Source: a virus (Duplodnaviria > Heunggongvirae > Uroviricota > Caudoviricetes). Taken from it: a stretch of 35,076 bases of DNA. The DNA is taken from IMG/VR virus record IMGVR_UViG_2606217118_000004. The stretch is one strand, 5' to 3'. The position numbers and the translations under genes are program-made. The notes beneath the pieces are model-generated. The model searched no databases. It saw only the letters and a list, made by a program, of their open reading frames with translations, and was not told the DNA's origin. How positions within the stretch are numbered: position 1 is the first letter of the stretch; each line of letters begins with the position of its first letter. Shown here piece by piece: positions 9,505 to 18,816 of this stretch.

Positions 9505-11271
9505 ATGAACACCACACTGACACCCGCAGATCTCGATCCCCGTCGGCAGGCCATGCTGCTGTACTTTCAGGGATACCGCGTAGCCCGCATTGCTGAAATG
9601 CTGGGCGAGAAAGTTGCAACCGTTCACAGCTGGAAAAAACGCGACAAGTGGGGTGACTATGGGCCGCTGGATCAGATGCAGCTCACCACCGCCGCACGCT
9701 ACTGCCAGCTCATTATGAAGGAGCACAAAGAAGGGAAAGATTTCAAAGAGATTGATCTGCTGGCGCGCCAGTCGGAGCGCCATGCGCGGATCGGCAAGTT
9801 TAACAATGGCGGCAACGAAGCCGACTTAAACCCTAACGTCGCCAACCGCAACAAAGGCCCGCGTCGTCAGCCGGAAAAGAACGTTTTCACCGATGAACAG
9901 ATTGAGAAGCTGGAAGAAATCTTCCATTCCTCCATGTTCAACTATCAGCGCCACTGGTGGGAAGCCGGAAAAACCAACCGCATCCGCAACCTGCTGAAGT
10001 CACGCCAGATCGGTGCGACCTTTTACTTTGCCCGTGAAGCCCTGATTGACGCCCTGCTTACCGGACGTAACCAGATTTTCCTTTCTGCCAGTAAGGCACA
10101 GGCTCACGTCTTTAAGCAGTACATCATCGACTTCGCCAAAGAAGTGGAGGTGGAGCTGAAAGGCGATCCGATGGTGCTTCCCAACGGGGCCACACTGTAT
10201 TTCCTCGGCACCAATGCCCGCACGGCTCAGAGTTACCACGGCAACCTGTATCTGGATGAATATTTCTGGATACCGAAATTCCAGGAGCTGCGCAAAGTGG
10301 CTTCCGGTATGGCTATTCACAAGAAATGGCGACAGACCTATTTTTCCACGCCATCCAGCCTGACACACAGTGCTTATCCGTTCTGGTCCGGTGCGCTGTT
10401 CAACCGTGGGCGCAACAAAGCCGATAAGGTGGACATCGACCTGTCCCACAGCAATCTGGCCCCCGGCCTGCTGTGCGCAGACGGGCAATACCGCCAGATA
10501 GTCACCGTGGAAGATGCGGTACGCGGCGGCTGTAACCTGTTCGACCTCGACCAGTTGCGCATGGAGTACAGCCCGGACGAATACCAGAACCTGCTGATGT
10601 GCGAGTTCGTTGACGATCTCGCATCTGTGTTCCCGCTCAGCGAATTGCAGGCGTGCATGGTGGACAGCTGGGAAGTCTGGACCGACTTTCATGCACTGGC
10701 CCTGCGCCCGTTTGGCTGGCGCGAAGTGTGGATCGGTTATGACCCGGCAAAAGGTACGCAGAACGGCGACAGCGCCGGATGCGTGGTGGTGGCACCGCCA
10801 GCCGTGCCGGGTGGTAAGTTCCGCATTCTTGAGCGTCACCAGTGGCGCGGGATGGACTTCCGCGCCCAGGCTGACGCCATCAAAAAACTCACCGAACAGT
10901 ACAACGTTACGTATATCGGTATCGACTCGACCGGCGTTGGTCACGGGGTTTATGAGAACGTGAAAGCGTTCTTTCCTGCCGTCCGGGAGTTTGTCTATAA
11001 CCCCAATGTTAAAAATGCCCTGGTACTCAAGGCCTACGACATTATCAGCCACCGCCGTCTGGAGTTTGACGCCGGACACACCGACATTGCGCAGTCATTC
11101 ATGGCAATCCGTCGCGCAACCACCGCCAGTGGCAACCGCCCGACCTACGAAGCCAGCCGCAGCGAAGAAGCCAGCCATGCCGATCTGGCATGGGCAACCA
11201 TGCACGCACTGTTTAACGAACCGCTGCAGGGCGAGTCCGCCAATACCAGCAATATTGTGGAGATTTTTTGA
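9505..11271 (+). CDS. P: Terminase large (ATPase) subunit gpP
   Basis: 588-aa ORF with ATGA overlap to Q; size and divergent arrangement with O match P2. Confidence 0.85.
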   Translation: MNTTLTPADLDPRRQAMLLYFQGYRVARIAEMLGEKVATVHSWKKRDKWGDYGPLDQMQLTTAARYCQLIMKEHKEGKDFKEIDLLARQSERHARIGKFNNGGNEADLNPNVANRNKGPRRQPEKNVFTDEQIEKLEEIFHSSMFNYQRHWWEAGKTNRIRNLLKSRQIGATFYFAREALIDALLTGRNQIFLSASKAQAHVFKQYIIDFAKEVEVELKGDPMVLPNGATLYFLGTNARTAQSYHGNLYLDEYFWIPKFQELRKVASGMAIHKKWRQTYFSTPSSLTHSAYPFWSGALFNRGRNKADKVDIDLSHSNLAPGLLCADGQYRQIVTVEDAVRGGCNLFDLDQLRMEYSPDEYQNLLMCEFVDDLASVFPLSELQACMVDSWEVWTDFHALALRPFGWREVWIGYDPAKGTQNGDSAGCVVVAPPAVPGGKFRILERHQWRGMDFRAQADAIKKLTEQYNVTYIGIDSTGVGHGVYENVKAFFPAVREFVYNPNVKNALVLKAYDIISHRRLEFDAGHTDIAQSFMAIRRATTASGNRPTYEASRSEEASHADLAWATMHALFNEPLQGESANTSNIVEIF

Positions 11272-12311
11272 TGAAAGAACATATCGCGCCAGGCGAAACC
11301 GTAACTGCAGAAGAAACTAAAAAACCCGTTGCGGAGGCTTTCAGCTTTGGTGATCCCATTCCTGTACTGGACCGCCGCGAACTGCTGGACTATGTGGAAT
11401 GCGTACAGATGGATCGCTGGTATGAGCCGCCCGTCAGCTTTGACGGACTGGCGCGCACCTTCCGCGCCGCCGTGCACCACAGCTCCCCGATCAGTGTTAA
11501 GCGTGACATTATCAGCAGTACCTATATTCCACATCGCCTTCTCAGCCAGCAGGCATTTACCCGTTTTGTGCAGGACTATCTGGTTTTTGGTAACGCCTAC
11601 CTGGAGAAACGCACGAACCGCTTTGGTGAAGTTATTTCGCTGGAGCCTGCACTGGCAAAATACACCCGACGCGGGCTTGACCTTGAAACATACTGGTTTG
11701 TGCAATACAGCCTGACGACACAGCCGTATCAGTTCACAAAAGGTAACGTCTTCCACCTGATGGAGCCGGATATCAACCAGGAGATTTATGGTCTGCCGGG
11801 TTACCTTTCTGCCATTCCGTCAGCTCTGCTCAACGAATCCGCCACGCTGTTCCGCCGCAAGTATTACATTAACGGCAGCCACGCAGGCTTCATCATGTAC
11901 ATGACCGACGCCGCACAGAACCAGGAGGATGTGAACAACATCCGCAAGGCAATGAAAAGTGCTAAAGGACCGGGCAACTTCCGCAACCTGTTTATGTACT
12001 CGCCTAACGGCAAAAAAGATGGCATTCAGATTATCCCGTTGTCGGAAGTCGCGGCGAAGGATGAATTTCTGAACATCAAGAACGTCAGCCGCGATGACAT
12101 GATGGCGGCTCACCGCGTACCGCCGCAAATGATGGGCATCATTCCCAACAACACTGGCGGCTTTGGGGATGTGGAAAAAGCGAGCCGTGTCTTCGTCCGC
12201 AATGAACTGATGCCCCTGCAAAAGCGACTGCAGGAGCTGAATGACTGGCTGGATGAAGAGGTTATCCGTTTTGAAGCCTATGACTTAGGACTTAAGGGCA
12301 AACGAAGCTGA
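11268..12311 (+). CDS. Q: Portal protein gpQ
   Basis: 347-aa ORF, last gene before cos as in P2. Confidence 0.85.
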   Translation: MMKEHIAPGETVTAEETKKPVAEAFSFGDPIPVLDRRELLDYVECVQMDRWYEPPVSFDGLARTFRAAVHHSSPISVKRDIISSTYIPHRLLSQQAFTRFVQDYLVFGNAYLEKRTNRFGEVISLEPALAKYTRRGLDLETYWFVQYSLTTQPYQFTKGNVFHLMEPDINQEIYGLPGYLSAIPSALLNESATLFRRKYYINGSHAGFIMYMTDAAQNQEDVNNIRKAMKSAKGPGNFRNLFMYSPNGKKDGIQIIPLSEVAAKDEFLNIKNVSRDDMMAAHRVPPQMMGIIPNNTGGFGDVEKASRVFVRNELMPLQKRLQELNDWLDEEVIRFEAYDLGLKGKRS

Positions 12312-12348
12312 CATACTCATAACATCAATAACCGACCAACTCTCACAA

Positions 12349-12382
12349 CGCCTCAGCAGCATTCTGCGGGGCGTTTCTTTTT
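12349..12382 (+). terminator. Candidate intrinsic terminator after Q
   Basis: Imperfect GC-rich hairpin (CGCCTCAGCAG...CTGCGGGGCG) followed by TTTCTTTTT. Confidence 0.3.
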
Positions 12383-12471
12383 GCCCTGACATCTCCCCCC
12401 CTCCACTAAATGAGGCCGCCAGCGGGCCAGAGGCTGTGCCGGATTTTGGCCATTTTACCCCGTTGCGCGCG

Positions 12472-12490
12472 CTCGTATCCCCGCCACGCC
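12472..12490. other. cos-like site of the 186-like prophage (reverse complement GGCGTGGCGGGGATACGAG)
   Basis: First 13 nt GGCGTGGCGGGGA match the 186-type cohesive end as I recall it; located ~160 bp past the Q stop, where P2-family cos lies. Confidence 0.4.
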
Positions 12491-12696
12491 TGCCCGCTTT
12501 ATGTAGTGGTTTTCATGCGCCTGCATGACATAAGCAAAAGCCCGCCATTCCTGGCGGGCCTCAGCTAAAACGATCCTCAAACGATCATGCGGATTCATGC
12601 GGCATAGTCATGCAGCACAATTCCTTTGCCCCACTATATCCTTTGTGGCAGAAATTGAGGAAAATGATTCATAAATACTCATATTTCGGAGGATAT

Positions 12697-13596
12697 ATGG
12701 CAGTTCTATTTTTATTTGGCGCAGGTGCGAGTTTTGGCAGCGGTCCATGTAGTCCATCCAATCCACCTCTTGGTAAAGATCTGCTTATCCGCATGCGTGA
12801 AAAAGGTGGAGTTGCTTCAACTATTGATGGCGCTCTATTGGAGAGTTTCATTGCAGATCCTGAACAAGGAATGATTAATTTTTTCAATGAACGAAATTGC
12901 GAGACAACTCACCTCCTAAAGCAGATGTGCGCCTATCTTGCACAATTTCGGGTCGAGAAAGAAAACACCTACATAAAACTGTTTAACCTATTAAAAAAAA
13001 GAAAAAACATATGTATGGCAACAACTAATTACGACCTATTAATTGAACAAGCTATATGCTCTGTTGGCTGTCTTGTTCAATATCACTCATCGAAGCGCAA
13101 TAGAAATAACATACCGGTATTAAAAATACATGGCTCAGTAAACTTCATACCAGTTGCAAATATCGTTAATATCGATTTCGAATTACCTGATTGCGAGAAC
13201 TCTGCAATATTCGATGGTCCAATTGATATTTACAACGATGAGCAAGACGTGATTGCATACTGCGAAAGTGATTCTGCCCTCTCACCCGCAGTTGCATTAT
13301 ATCATCCCAAAAAAAGCGTATTGCACTGCCCCTCATTTGTTAAGTATCAGCAGGAAGAGTTTCGTTCTGAGGTTGAACGTTCATCCAAGATATTCATTAT
13401 TGGACTTAAAATAAATCCAAATGATGAGCATATTTGGTCTGAAATTGAAAAAACTTCAGCCGACGTCTACATAGTAGACAAGGATAAAGAATCTACTATC
13501 ACCTGGGTTAATAGCTTGAGCAAAAAGAACATTTACCACATAGCTGATACTTTTGATGAATCGATTGTGAGAATTAAAAACATTCTGCAATTATAG
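12697..13596 (+). CDS. Standalone SIR2-like (ThsA-type) NADase-domain protein; candidate anti-phage cargo in the cos-A hotspot
   Basis: ORF track 12610..13596; start placed at the Met with a GGAGG RBS (MAVLFLFGAGAS...). Ordered motifs GAGAS, TTNYDLLIE, KIHGS and IFIIGLKINPNDEHI follow the SIR2_2/ThsA pattern. Visibly AT-rich; opposite strand to flanking phage genes. Confidence 0.6.
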   Translation: MAVLFLFGAGASFGSGPCSPSNPPLGKDLLIRMREKGGVASTIDGALLESFIADPEQGMINFFNERNCETTHLLKQMCAYLAQFRVEKENTYIKLFNLLKKRKNICMATTNYDLLIEQAICSVGCLVQYHSSKRNRNNIPVLKIHGSVNFIPVANIVNIDFELPDCENSAIFDGPIDIYNDEQDVIAYCESDSALSPAVALYHPKKSVLHCPSFVKYQQEEFRSEVERSSKIFIIGLKINPNDEHIWSEIEKTSADVYIVDKDKESTITWVNSLSKKNIYHIADTFDESIVRIKNILQL

Positions 13597-13700
13597 ATAA
13601 CAAAACCATTATAAAGTACCAATGATGGGCTAACGCCTCGCCCCGCTCGTTGTTCAACCTTGCTGGCGTCAGTATCAAGTCCTGCCGCCAGCAACGTTCC

Positions 13701-13934
13701 TCAGTGCAGCCAGCTGTCGTCTTCCCAAACCTGCTGCATAATTTCCATTACCCGCTTTTTGTCTTCATCAAGCTTTAAGCCACTCAGCTCAACGCCGTTT
13801 GCCGACCCTTTACGGATGCGAATAGCTGTCTTTGGATAGATGGGCTGCAGGTTGCGGTAAAGCTCGGACTCCAGAGCGTCCAGGGTTACCTGGCTAATCT
13901 TTTGCTCTTTATCGATCATTATCTCAATTCGCAT
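13701..13934 (-). CDS. DinI-family protein
   Basis: 77 aa beginning MRIEIMIDKEQ... with ...KRVMEIMQQVWEDDSW near the C-terminus, resembling E. coli DinI; downstream of a LexA box. Confidence 0.7.
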   Translation of the reverse strand: MRIEIMIDKEQKISQVTLDALESELYRNLQPIYPKTAIRIRKGSANGVELSGLKLDEDKKRVMEIMQQVWEDDSWLH

Positions 13935-13942
13935 AGGGACCC

Positions 13943-14131
13943 CTAACTGGAAATATCCATTGATCGGCTGTATTCATGGCTACGAATTTTCGCCATCAGC
14001 TCATCGGTCAACTCAGAAGCCCACTGAAGAGCCAGCTGCTTTTCTGCATCATCACACTCGCTAGCCGCTACAAGCTTGATAAAAAAATCAATGCGCTGGA
14101 GCTTCAAAGACTCCAAAAGGTAATCCTGCAT
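13943..14131 (-). CDS. Small hypothetical protein, first gene of the LexA-box operon (possible Tum-like antirepressor component)
   Basis: ORF track 13943..14146 begins at a GTG; the ATG at 14131 (MQDYLL...) has a GGAGGG RBS. Sits ~50 bp downstream of the LexA box and is closely followed by the DinI-like gene. Confidence 0.45.
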   Translation of the reverse strand: MQDYLLESLKLQRIDFFIKLVAASECDDAEKQLALQWASELTDELMAKIRSHEYSRSMDISS

Positions 14132-14180
14132 TTTCCCTCCTATCACTACTACTGGACAAACATAACTGTATGTATATCCA

Positions 14181-14196
14181 CTGTTTATATATACAG
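14181..14196. promoter_or_regulatory. LexA (SOS) box CTGTTTATATATACAG
   Basis: Exact CTGT-N8-ACAG with an AT-only spacer, embedded in ACTGTTTATATATACAGTAT; a CTGT half-site lies just upstream at 14166-14169. Confidence 0.6.
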
Positions 14197-14287
14197 TATA
14201 GAAGAGATTTCTATTTGTAAAACCCTTTTTTCAATTTCAATCAGATACCTCTGATGGGATCACCAAACAGGAATATTCAGACGATAC

Positions 14288-16675
14288 TCACGAATACCAC
14301 TGCCGCCATTTATCATCTTCCTGTAGCCGCTGGTTGCGGTAGAAAATGCGCAGCCCGGCCCCGGACGGAATGCTGCCGCCACGTAAAAGCAGATCCACCT
14401 CTGTTTCACTCGCTTCAAACCCTCTGGACCTCAACTCAGCGTCGAGCTGCTGGCGCTGCTGCTCGTTAACTTCCTGTTTGTACCCTTTCCGCCGTTTCGG
14501 TTTTACCAGCCTCAGCCTGGCTGTCAGCTCCCGCCGTTCCTTCGCACTCAGATCGTGAAGGTCGGGCAGCGCGTCAGTTTCTTCGGTTTCTGGTAATTCG
14601 CCCCCTGATTGGTTCAAAATTTCAACAGGGGGACAGTTATTGCCACGAGTCCAAGGGGCGCAAGCGCCCTGGTCGGCAGCCGCCTCCTGAACGTCAACGG
14701 CCTTACGAACCATTTTCCACTTCACTGCATGAGTGCAGATCTTGCCCTCTGCAATGGGTGACCAGATGCCATAAATACGAATACCGTGATCGCCATAGGC
14801 GGTTGGCTCTTCGTTGATTTCATAAGCGGTTCTGATGAGGTGATATTTGCGGGGAACCAGTACGCCGCCCTGCTTCATGATGTAGGTGGCAAAACAACCA
14901 GCATCAGCAGCAGCCAGGATGGCATCAAGGCGCGGGTTATCCAGTACCGGCGCACCTGCTTTTTTGTCACCCTGTTGCCTTGCCGCCTGACCAGCCAGCA
15001 ATCGCAGTTCACGGTAAGCCTGACGCCCCGGAATGCCAAAGAAGCGGAATTGCTGAACACGATGCAGAGACGCCCAGGCATTAACGTATTCAGCGTTATC
15101 ACGCAGGGATTTACCCGTTTCCTTACTGATCTCGCCAGCCAGACCACGCCCGTCAATATTCTTACTGATATATTTCGCAATGTAGCTTGTCGGCGTTCCT
15201 TTGCGCGGGTTTATCAGCTCAGACTTAAAGCGTGGCCCCGTGTTATTGCCCAGCTCCTCGCGGTCTTCTCGGATGGCAAACTTACGCAACAATGCAGTAA
15301 TGGCGCGGCGGTCTTTTTTGCGCATGAAACACAACAGGTGCCAGTGAACTGTGCCGTCATGATGCGGCTCAGCCACCCGCACGCCATACCAGCGCAACCC
15401 GGCTTTGTGCATAGCCTTACGAAATGCAGCAAACATGCCGACCAGATAATCGCTGCTTTGTCTTACTGTCGCGTTGGTCCAGGTCGGGTTTGGCCTGCCG
15501 TTATTTAGCGTGGAATGGAAACGTGACGGACAGGTGATGGTGTAGAAAACGGCGCAGTCACCACGCATTTCCGCGATAAGCTCCAGGCCTTTAACACAGG
15601 CCATCATCTCGTTGCGGCGATGCGCCGGGTTGCTGCTGCTGGCGTTTACCACATCCTCCATGTTCAGCGTGTCGCCGTCTTCGTTCACCAGTTCATGAGA
15701 ACGGAAAAACTCCAGCGACTTACGGCGCTGCTCACGTTTATGCATCACGGCTTCATAGCTGACATAGGGAGATGCTTTTTTGCTGACCAGGCAGACAGCA
15801 CGCAACTGCTCTTCCCGCCATTCGCAACGCATCTTCCATAATTTCCGATACCACCAGTCGGCGCACAGCATACGCGCCAGCGAACCCGGAATGAGTTCAT
15901 AAGGCACAGGTTTGCGGCGGTTTCTTTTCCGGCGGAGTTGCTCAAACGCAGGCGGTATGACATCCAGTCGCAGGGTTTCTGCAGCCACCTTTTCCCATGT
16001 CTTGCGGATTTCTTCTGGCTTAACATCATCGGAGGCGTACAAATCACCACAAGCGGCATCAAGACACATGCTCATATGCGCAGCGACAAGGGTAGACAGG
16101 CGTTTCACCTGATCCTGACTCATTTCAGGCAGGATCAGCAGACCGTCCAGCCCTTCATGGCTTGCCATAAAACGAAAAGATGCAGATAGCTGGCTGTCGC
16201 GTATATGCTCCAGTCGTTCCAGACATGGCTTAATCGTCTCACGCAAATAGCGGGAATAAGCCTTTGGCCTGCCCAGGCTGCTGAAATATTCAATACGTTG
16301 CATCAGCGGCTTGCTGATATGGGAAGGCTGGGCGTTGACGTCAGCCAGAATGACCATGTCTGGATTAAAACGCTGCTGCTCATGCGCCATCTTTGCCCGG
16401 CTAATGAGCTTATCCTGCTCCATTTCGCGTTGGACAGGATCACGGGATTCATTAAAGAAATAACGCTCCCAGACCTGATCACTCAGTGCCTCGCGGCGCA
16501 GTTGTTCCTGCTCGTTATCGGTAGCGTACAGAGTGATCAGGTTTGAAAGCGCAGAAACCGGCGCAACTTCCGCCGGGTCCAGATAAGGGTTAATGGCCTT
16601 TTTCGGGCTGTTCCATGAGAATGCTGCGGCGACCTTGTTAAAGCCGCTGCAGTTGTTCATATCAGCATGGCTCAT
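14288..16675 (-). CDS. A: Replication initiation endonuclease gpA (HUH rolling-circle initiator)
   Basis: 795-aa ORF with HUH-like motif (TVHWHLL) and paired tyrosines (YIAKYISK); P2-family position. Confidence 0.85.
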   Translation of the reverse strand: MSHADMNNCSGFNKVAAAFSWNSPKKAINPYLDPAEVAPVSALSNLITLYATDNEQEQLRREALSDQVWERYFFNESRDPVQREMEQDKLISRAKMAHEQQRFNPDMVILADVNAQPSHISKPLMQRIEYFSSLGRPKAYSRYLRETIKPCLERLEHIRDSQLSASFRFMASHEGLDGLLILPEMSQDQVKRLSTLVAAHMSMCLDAACGDLYASDDVKPEEIRKTWEKVAAETLRLDVIPPAFEQLRRKRNRRKPVPYELIPGSLARMLCADWWYRKLWKMRCEWREEQLRAVCLVSKKASPYVSYEAVMHKREQRRKSLEFFRSHELVNEDGDTLNMEDVVNASSSNPAHRRNEMMACVKGLELIAEMRGDCAVFYTITCPSRFHSTLNNGRPNPTWTNATVRQSSDYLVGMFAAFRKAMHKAGLRWYGVRVAEPHHDGTVHWHLLCFMRKKDRRAITALLRKFAIREDREELGNNTGPRFKSELINPRKGTPTSYIAKYISKNIDGRGLAGEISKETGKSLRDNAEYVNAWASLHRVQQFRFFGIPGRQAYRELRLLAGQAARQQGDKKAGAPVLDNPRLDAILAAADAGCFATYIMKQGGVLVPRKYHLIRTAYEINEEPTAYGDHGIRIYGIWSPIAEGKICTHAVKWKMVRKAVDVQEAAADQGACAPWTRGNNCPPVEILNQSGGELPETEETDALPDLHDLSAKERRELTARLRLVKPKRRKGYKQEVNEQQRQQLDAELRSRGFEASETEVDLLLRGGSIPSGAGLRIFYRNQRLQEDDKWRQWYS

Positions 16676-17529
16676 GCACGCACTCCGTACACGGCAGAAC
16701 TATCCACGCCACGCGAAGGATCAAATCCCACCCAGCAGCGCGGCCCGGAAACAGCGATGATTTCTGTTGCAGATTTACTCTCACCAGCTGCTACACCGAT
16801 GCTGCGTTTTGCCTTGATGTAGTGGTGAGTAAAATTGCGATACAGCGAACGGATCAGGGATGTATCACTGTTAGAAACAATGACCGGATGTCCTTCTGAT
16901 GACCGATGTTCAAGAACGGATGCCAGGTGATACTGGTCATCTTCAGTGAAACCATCAGTGTGATAGCCGGAAAACGTACCGTCATACGGCGGATCGCAAT
17001 ACACCACATCCCCCACCTGCAGCATCGCCAGCGTTTCATCAAAGCTTGCGCAGATAAACGTTGCACGCTGGGCTTTCTCTGCAAATGCGCGAATTTCTTT
17101 TTCAGGGAAATACGGATTTTTATAATTACCGTAGGGAATGTTGAAATGTCCGCTCTTGTTATAGCGACATAAACCACGGTAACCGTGACGATTGAGATAC
17201 AGGAAATATACCGCTTTCATGAAATCAGTAATTTCAGTGGAGTAATTAAACTCCTGCCTTATGTTGTAATAAGCCACCTCCCTGTTTGCGATCTCAAATA
17301 AAACTCTGGCGCGAGATATAAACGATTCACAATCAGAGGCAACCTTTTTATAGAGGTTGATTAAATCAGGATTAATATCCGCAACCAGATAGCTGGGGTA
17401 ATCCGTCTCCATCATCACAGCACAGGAACCCGCGAAAGGTTCAACCAGTCGCGGGCCAGCAGGAAGGTGTTTTTTCAGTTCGGACATAATGACGGTTTTA
17501 TTTCCCGCCCATTTCAGGATGGTGCTCAT
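16672..17529 (-). CDS. DNA N6-adenine methyltransferase (Dam family)
   Basis: Track 16672..17589; start placed at [11 protein letters not shown] (ATGA overlap with the upstream gene). Contains the DPPY catalytic motif (VYCDPPYDG) and an FAGSCAV S-adenosylmethionine-binding-like motif. Confidence 0.8.
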   Translation of the reverse strand: MSTILKWAGNKTVIMSELKKHLPAGPRLVEPFAGSCAVMMETDYPSYLVADINPDLINLYKKVASDCESFISRARVLFEIANREVAYYNIRQEFNYSTEITDFMKAVYFLYLNRHGYRGLCRYNKSGHFNIPYGNYKNPYFPEKEIRAFAEKAQRATFICASFDETLAMLQVGDVVYCDPPYDGTFSGYHTDGFTEDDQYHLASVLEHRSSEGHPVIVSNSDTSLIRSLYRNFTHHYIKAKRSIGVAAGESKSATEIIAVSGPRCWVGFDPSRGVDSSAVYGVRA

Positions 17530-17753
17530 ACAGCACCTCCGTTGTAATGTTTGCCTTTCAGCTCTGCGATTTCCTGACAGGTAATGCAAAGCTGCACACC
17601 CGGAATGGCACGGCGGCGTGCTGGCGGAATTGGCGCTTCACACTCAACGCAAAGCACGCGGGACACGCCCGGCGTTTTGGCACGGGCAGCACGGATATGA
17701 CGTTGGCGTTCTTCTTCAACTCGCTGCTGTACGAGATCCATTGCATCAGCCAT
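17526..17753 (-). CDS. TraR/DksA-family C4 zinc-finger protein
   Basis: 75 aa with CVECEAPI...CITCQE (CxxC-N17-CxxC). Confidence 0.7.
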   Translation of the reverse strand: MADAMDLVQQRVEEERQRHIRAARAKTPGVSRVLCVECEAPIPPARRRAIPGVQLCITCQEIAELKGKHYNGGAV

Positions 17754-17992
17754 CAGTGGATCTCCTGCGCTTCGTTCTGGATTGCTTCAGCAGTCACACG
17801 CAGCAGTTCTGCCGCTTCGACGTGGTTTAGTTGGCGGGATGTGATATGACACGCCAGGCTATCAAGGCGAGCTGCCATTGCTTCAGCCCTTGCCCGGCGT
17901 TCTTCCAGACGAGCCTCTGTCAGTAAAATATTAAGCCCTGCATTATCCGGTCCGGTTTTAGTCGTGATGGTTTCAATATTACGCATAATCAA
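17753..17992 (-). CDS. Hypothetical early-operon protein
   Basis: 79-aa ORF in the early operon, abutting the TraR-like gene. Confidence 0.4.
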   Translation of the reverse strand: MIMRNIETITTKTGPDNAGLNILLTEARLEERRARAEAMAARLDSLACHITSRQLNHVEAAELLRVTAEAIQNEAQEIH

Positions 17993-18053
17993 TTCTCCTG
18001 GATTTAGATAAAGGGATGCCCGGCGGGTTTACGCCATTAATTTCATTAGTTGG

Positions 18054-18395
18054 TTAATTCGGCATGGTTAGCCGTCTGGGAAATAAGCTCACCACTGCAC
18101 GAAAATGATTCATTGCTTTAATCAGCTCCCGCTTTTCGTCAGTGGTCAGCTCATTAATGCTGATGCTATGACGTTCAGCTGGAATTTTTGCCATAAAGAA
18201 TATGGCAGCCAGTGCCCGTTTATTTTGTTCATTATTGATATCCCGTGGATCACGCATATCTTTAATAAACCGCTCAAGCTCTGACTCAATATTCAGGCCA
18301 AAAACTTTCGCCCTTAACTCCGCAATGTGATTAAGTCCATTCAGGCGTTCACCGGGGCTTAATGGAACAGTTGCTGCAGCGCCATTAATTGCCAT
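18054..18395 (-). CDS. Hypothetical early-operon protein
   Basis: 113-aa ORF co-oriented with cII. Confidence 0.5.
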   Translation of the reverse strand: MAINGAAATVPLSPGERLNGLNHIAELRAKVFGLNIESELERFIKDMRDPRDINNEQNKRALAAIFFMAKIPAERHSISINELTTDEKRELIKAMNHFRAVVSLFPRRLTMPN

Positions 18396-18417
18396 ACTTC
18401 ATATCCCCCAAACGCAG

Positions 18418-18642
18418 CTATCGTTTTTTGTTCTTACGGTAACGCTCAAGAGGAGATACATTTTTTCGTATCGTCTCTTTAACCTGCTCTCCCCGTAAAA
18501 ACGTCCCATCCTTTAACGTGAAAAAGTAACTGCCATCGCCCGACAATGACGGATAGCAACAGAGCAAATCATCTTCAGGTACTGAATAACTCTCCCCTCT
18601 GTAACGAAACTGATAAACCACTTCACTTTCTGCCACATACAT
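18418..18642 (-). CDS. Hypothetical small early protein
   Basis: 74-aa ORF with a GGAG RBS 9 nt upstream of its ATG. Confidence 0.45.
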   Translation of the reverse strand: MYVAESEVVYQFRYRGESYSVPEDDLLCCYPSLSGDGSYFFTLKDGTFLRGEQVKETIRKNVSPLERYRKNKKR

Positions 18643-18809
18643 TTGGACTTTCTCCGTTTCCTCGTGGTCAATTCAGACAGCAATTCATCTTGTGAATGAC
18701 ATGGATGCCAGCGTTTTCCATCCTCACCCGTGATCCAGCCGTGACCGTAGTGCATTGCCGGGCTTTGTTTTACCAGCAGCGATGCAAATGATGGTTCTTT
18801 CGTCAGCAT
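18513..18809 (-). CDS. Hypothetical small early protein; 3' portion overlaps the previous ORF in another frame
   Basis: ATG at 18809 lies 7 nt after the cII stop with a TGAGG RBS; the reading frame stays open to 18513. The two overlapping ORFs cannot both be resolved by eye. Confidence 0.3.
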   Translation of the reverse strand: MLTKEPSFASLLVKQSPAMHYGHGWITGEDGKRWHPCHSQDELLSELTTRKRRKSKCMWQKVKWFISFVTEGRVIQYLKMICSVAIRHCRAMAVTFSR

Positions 18810-18816
18810 AAACACC

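Noticed and set aside
1774-11756. Other long antisense or out-of-frame ORFs inside structural genes (for example 1774..2160, 3522..4046, 7970..8632, 8604..9059, 10000..11079, 11145..11756)
   Set aside because: Each lies wholly inside a P2-family structural gene on the opposite strand or in another frame; gene order and sizes of the called genes explain the region without them.
12610-12696. Upstream extension of the SIR2-like ORF to the first ATG at 12610
   Set aside because: The first two in-frame ATGs lack a usable ribosome-binding site, while the third (12697) has GGAGG and coincides with the start of the SIR2 fold (GAGAS motif). The extension remains possible.
13627-13645. Second cos-like GC-rich word (reverse complement AGCGGGGCGAGGCG) right after the SIR2-like gene
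   Set aside because: It shares GGCGAGGCG with cos but lacks the full 19-nt arrangement; likely chance similarity or a recombination scar.
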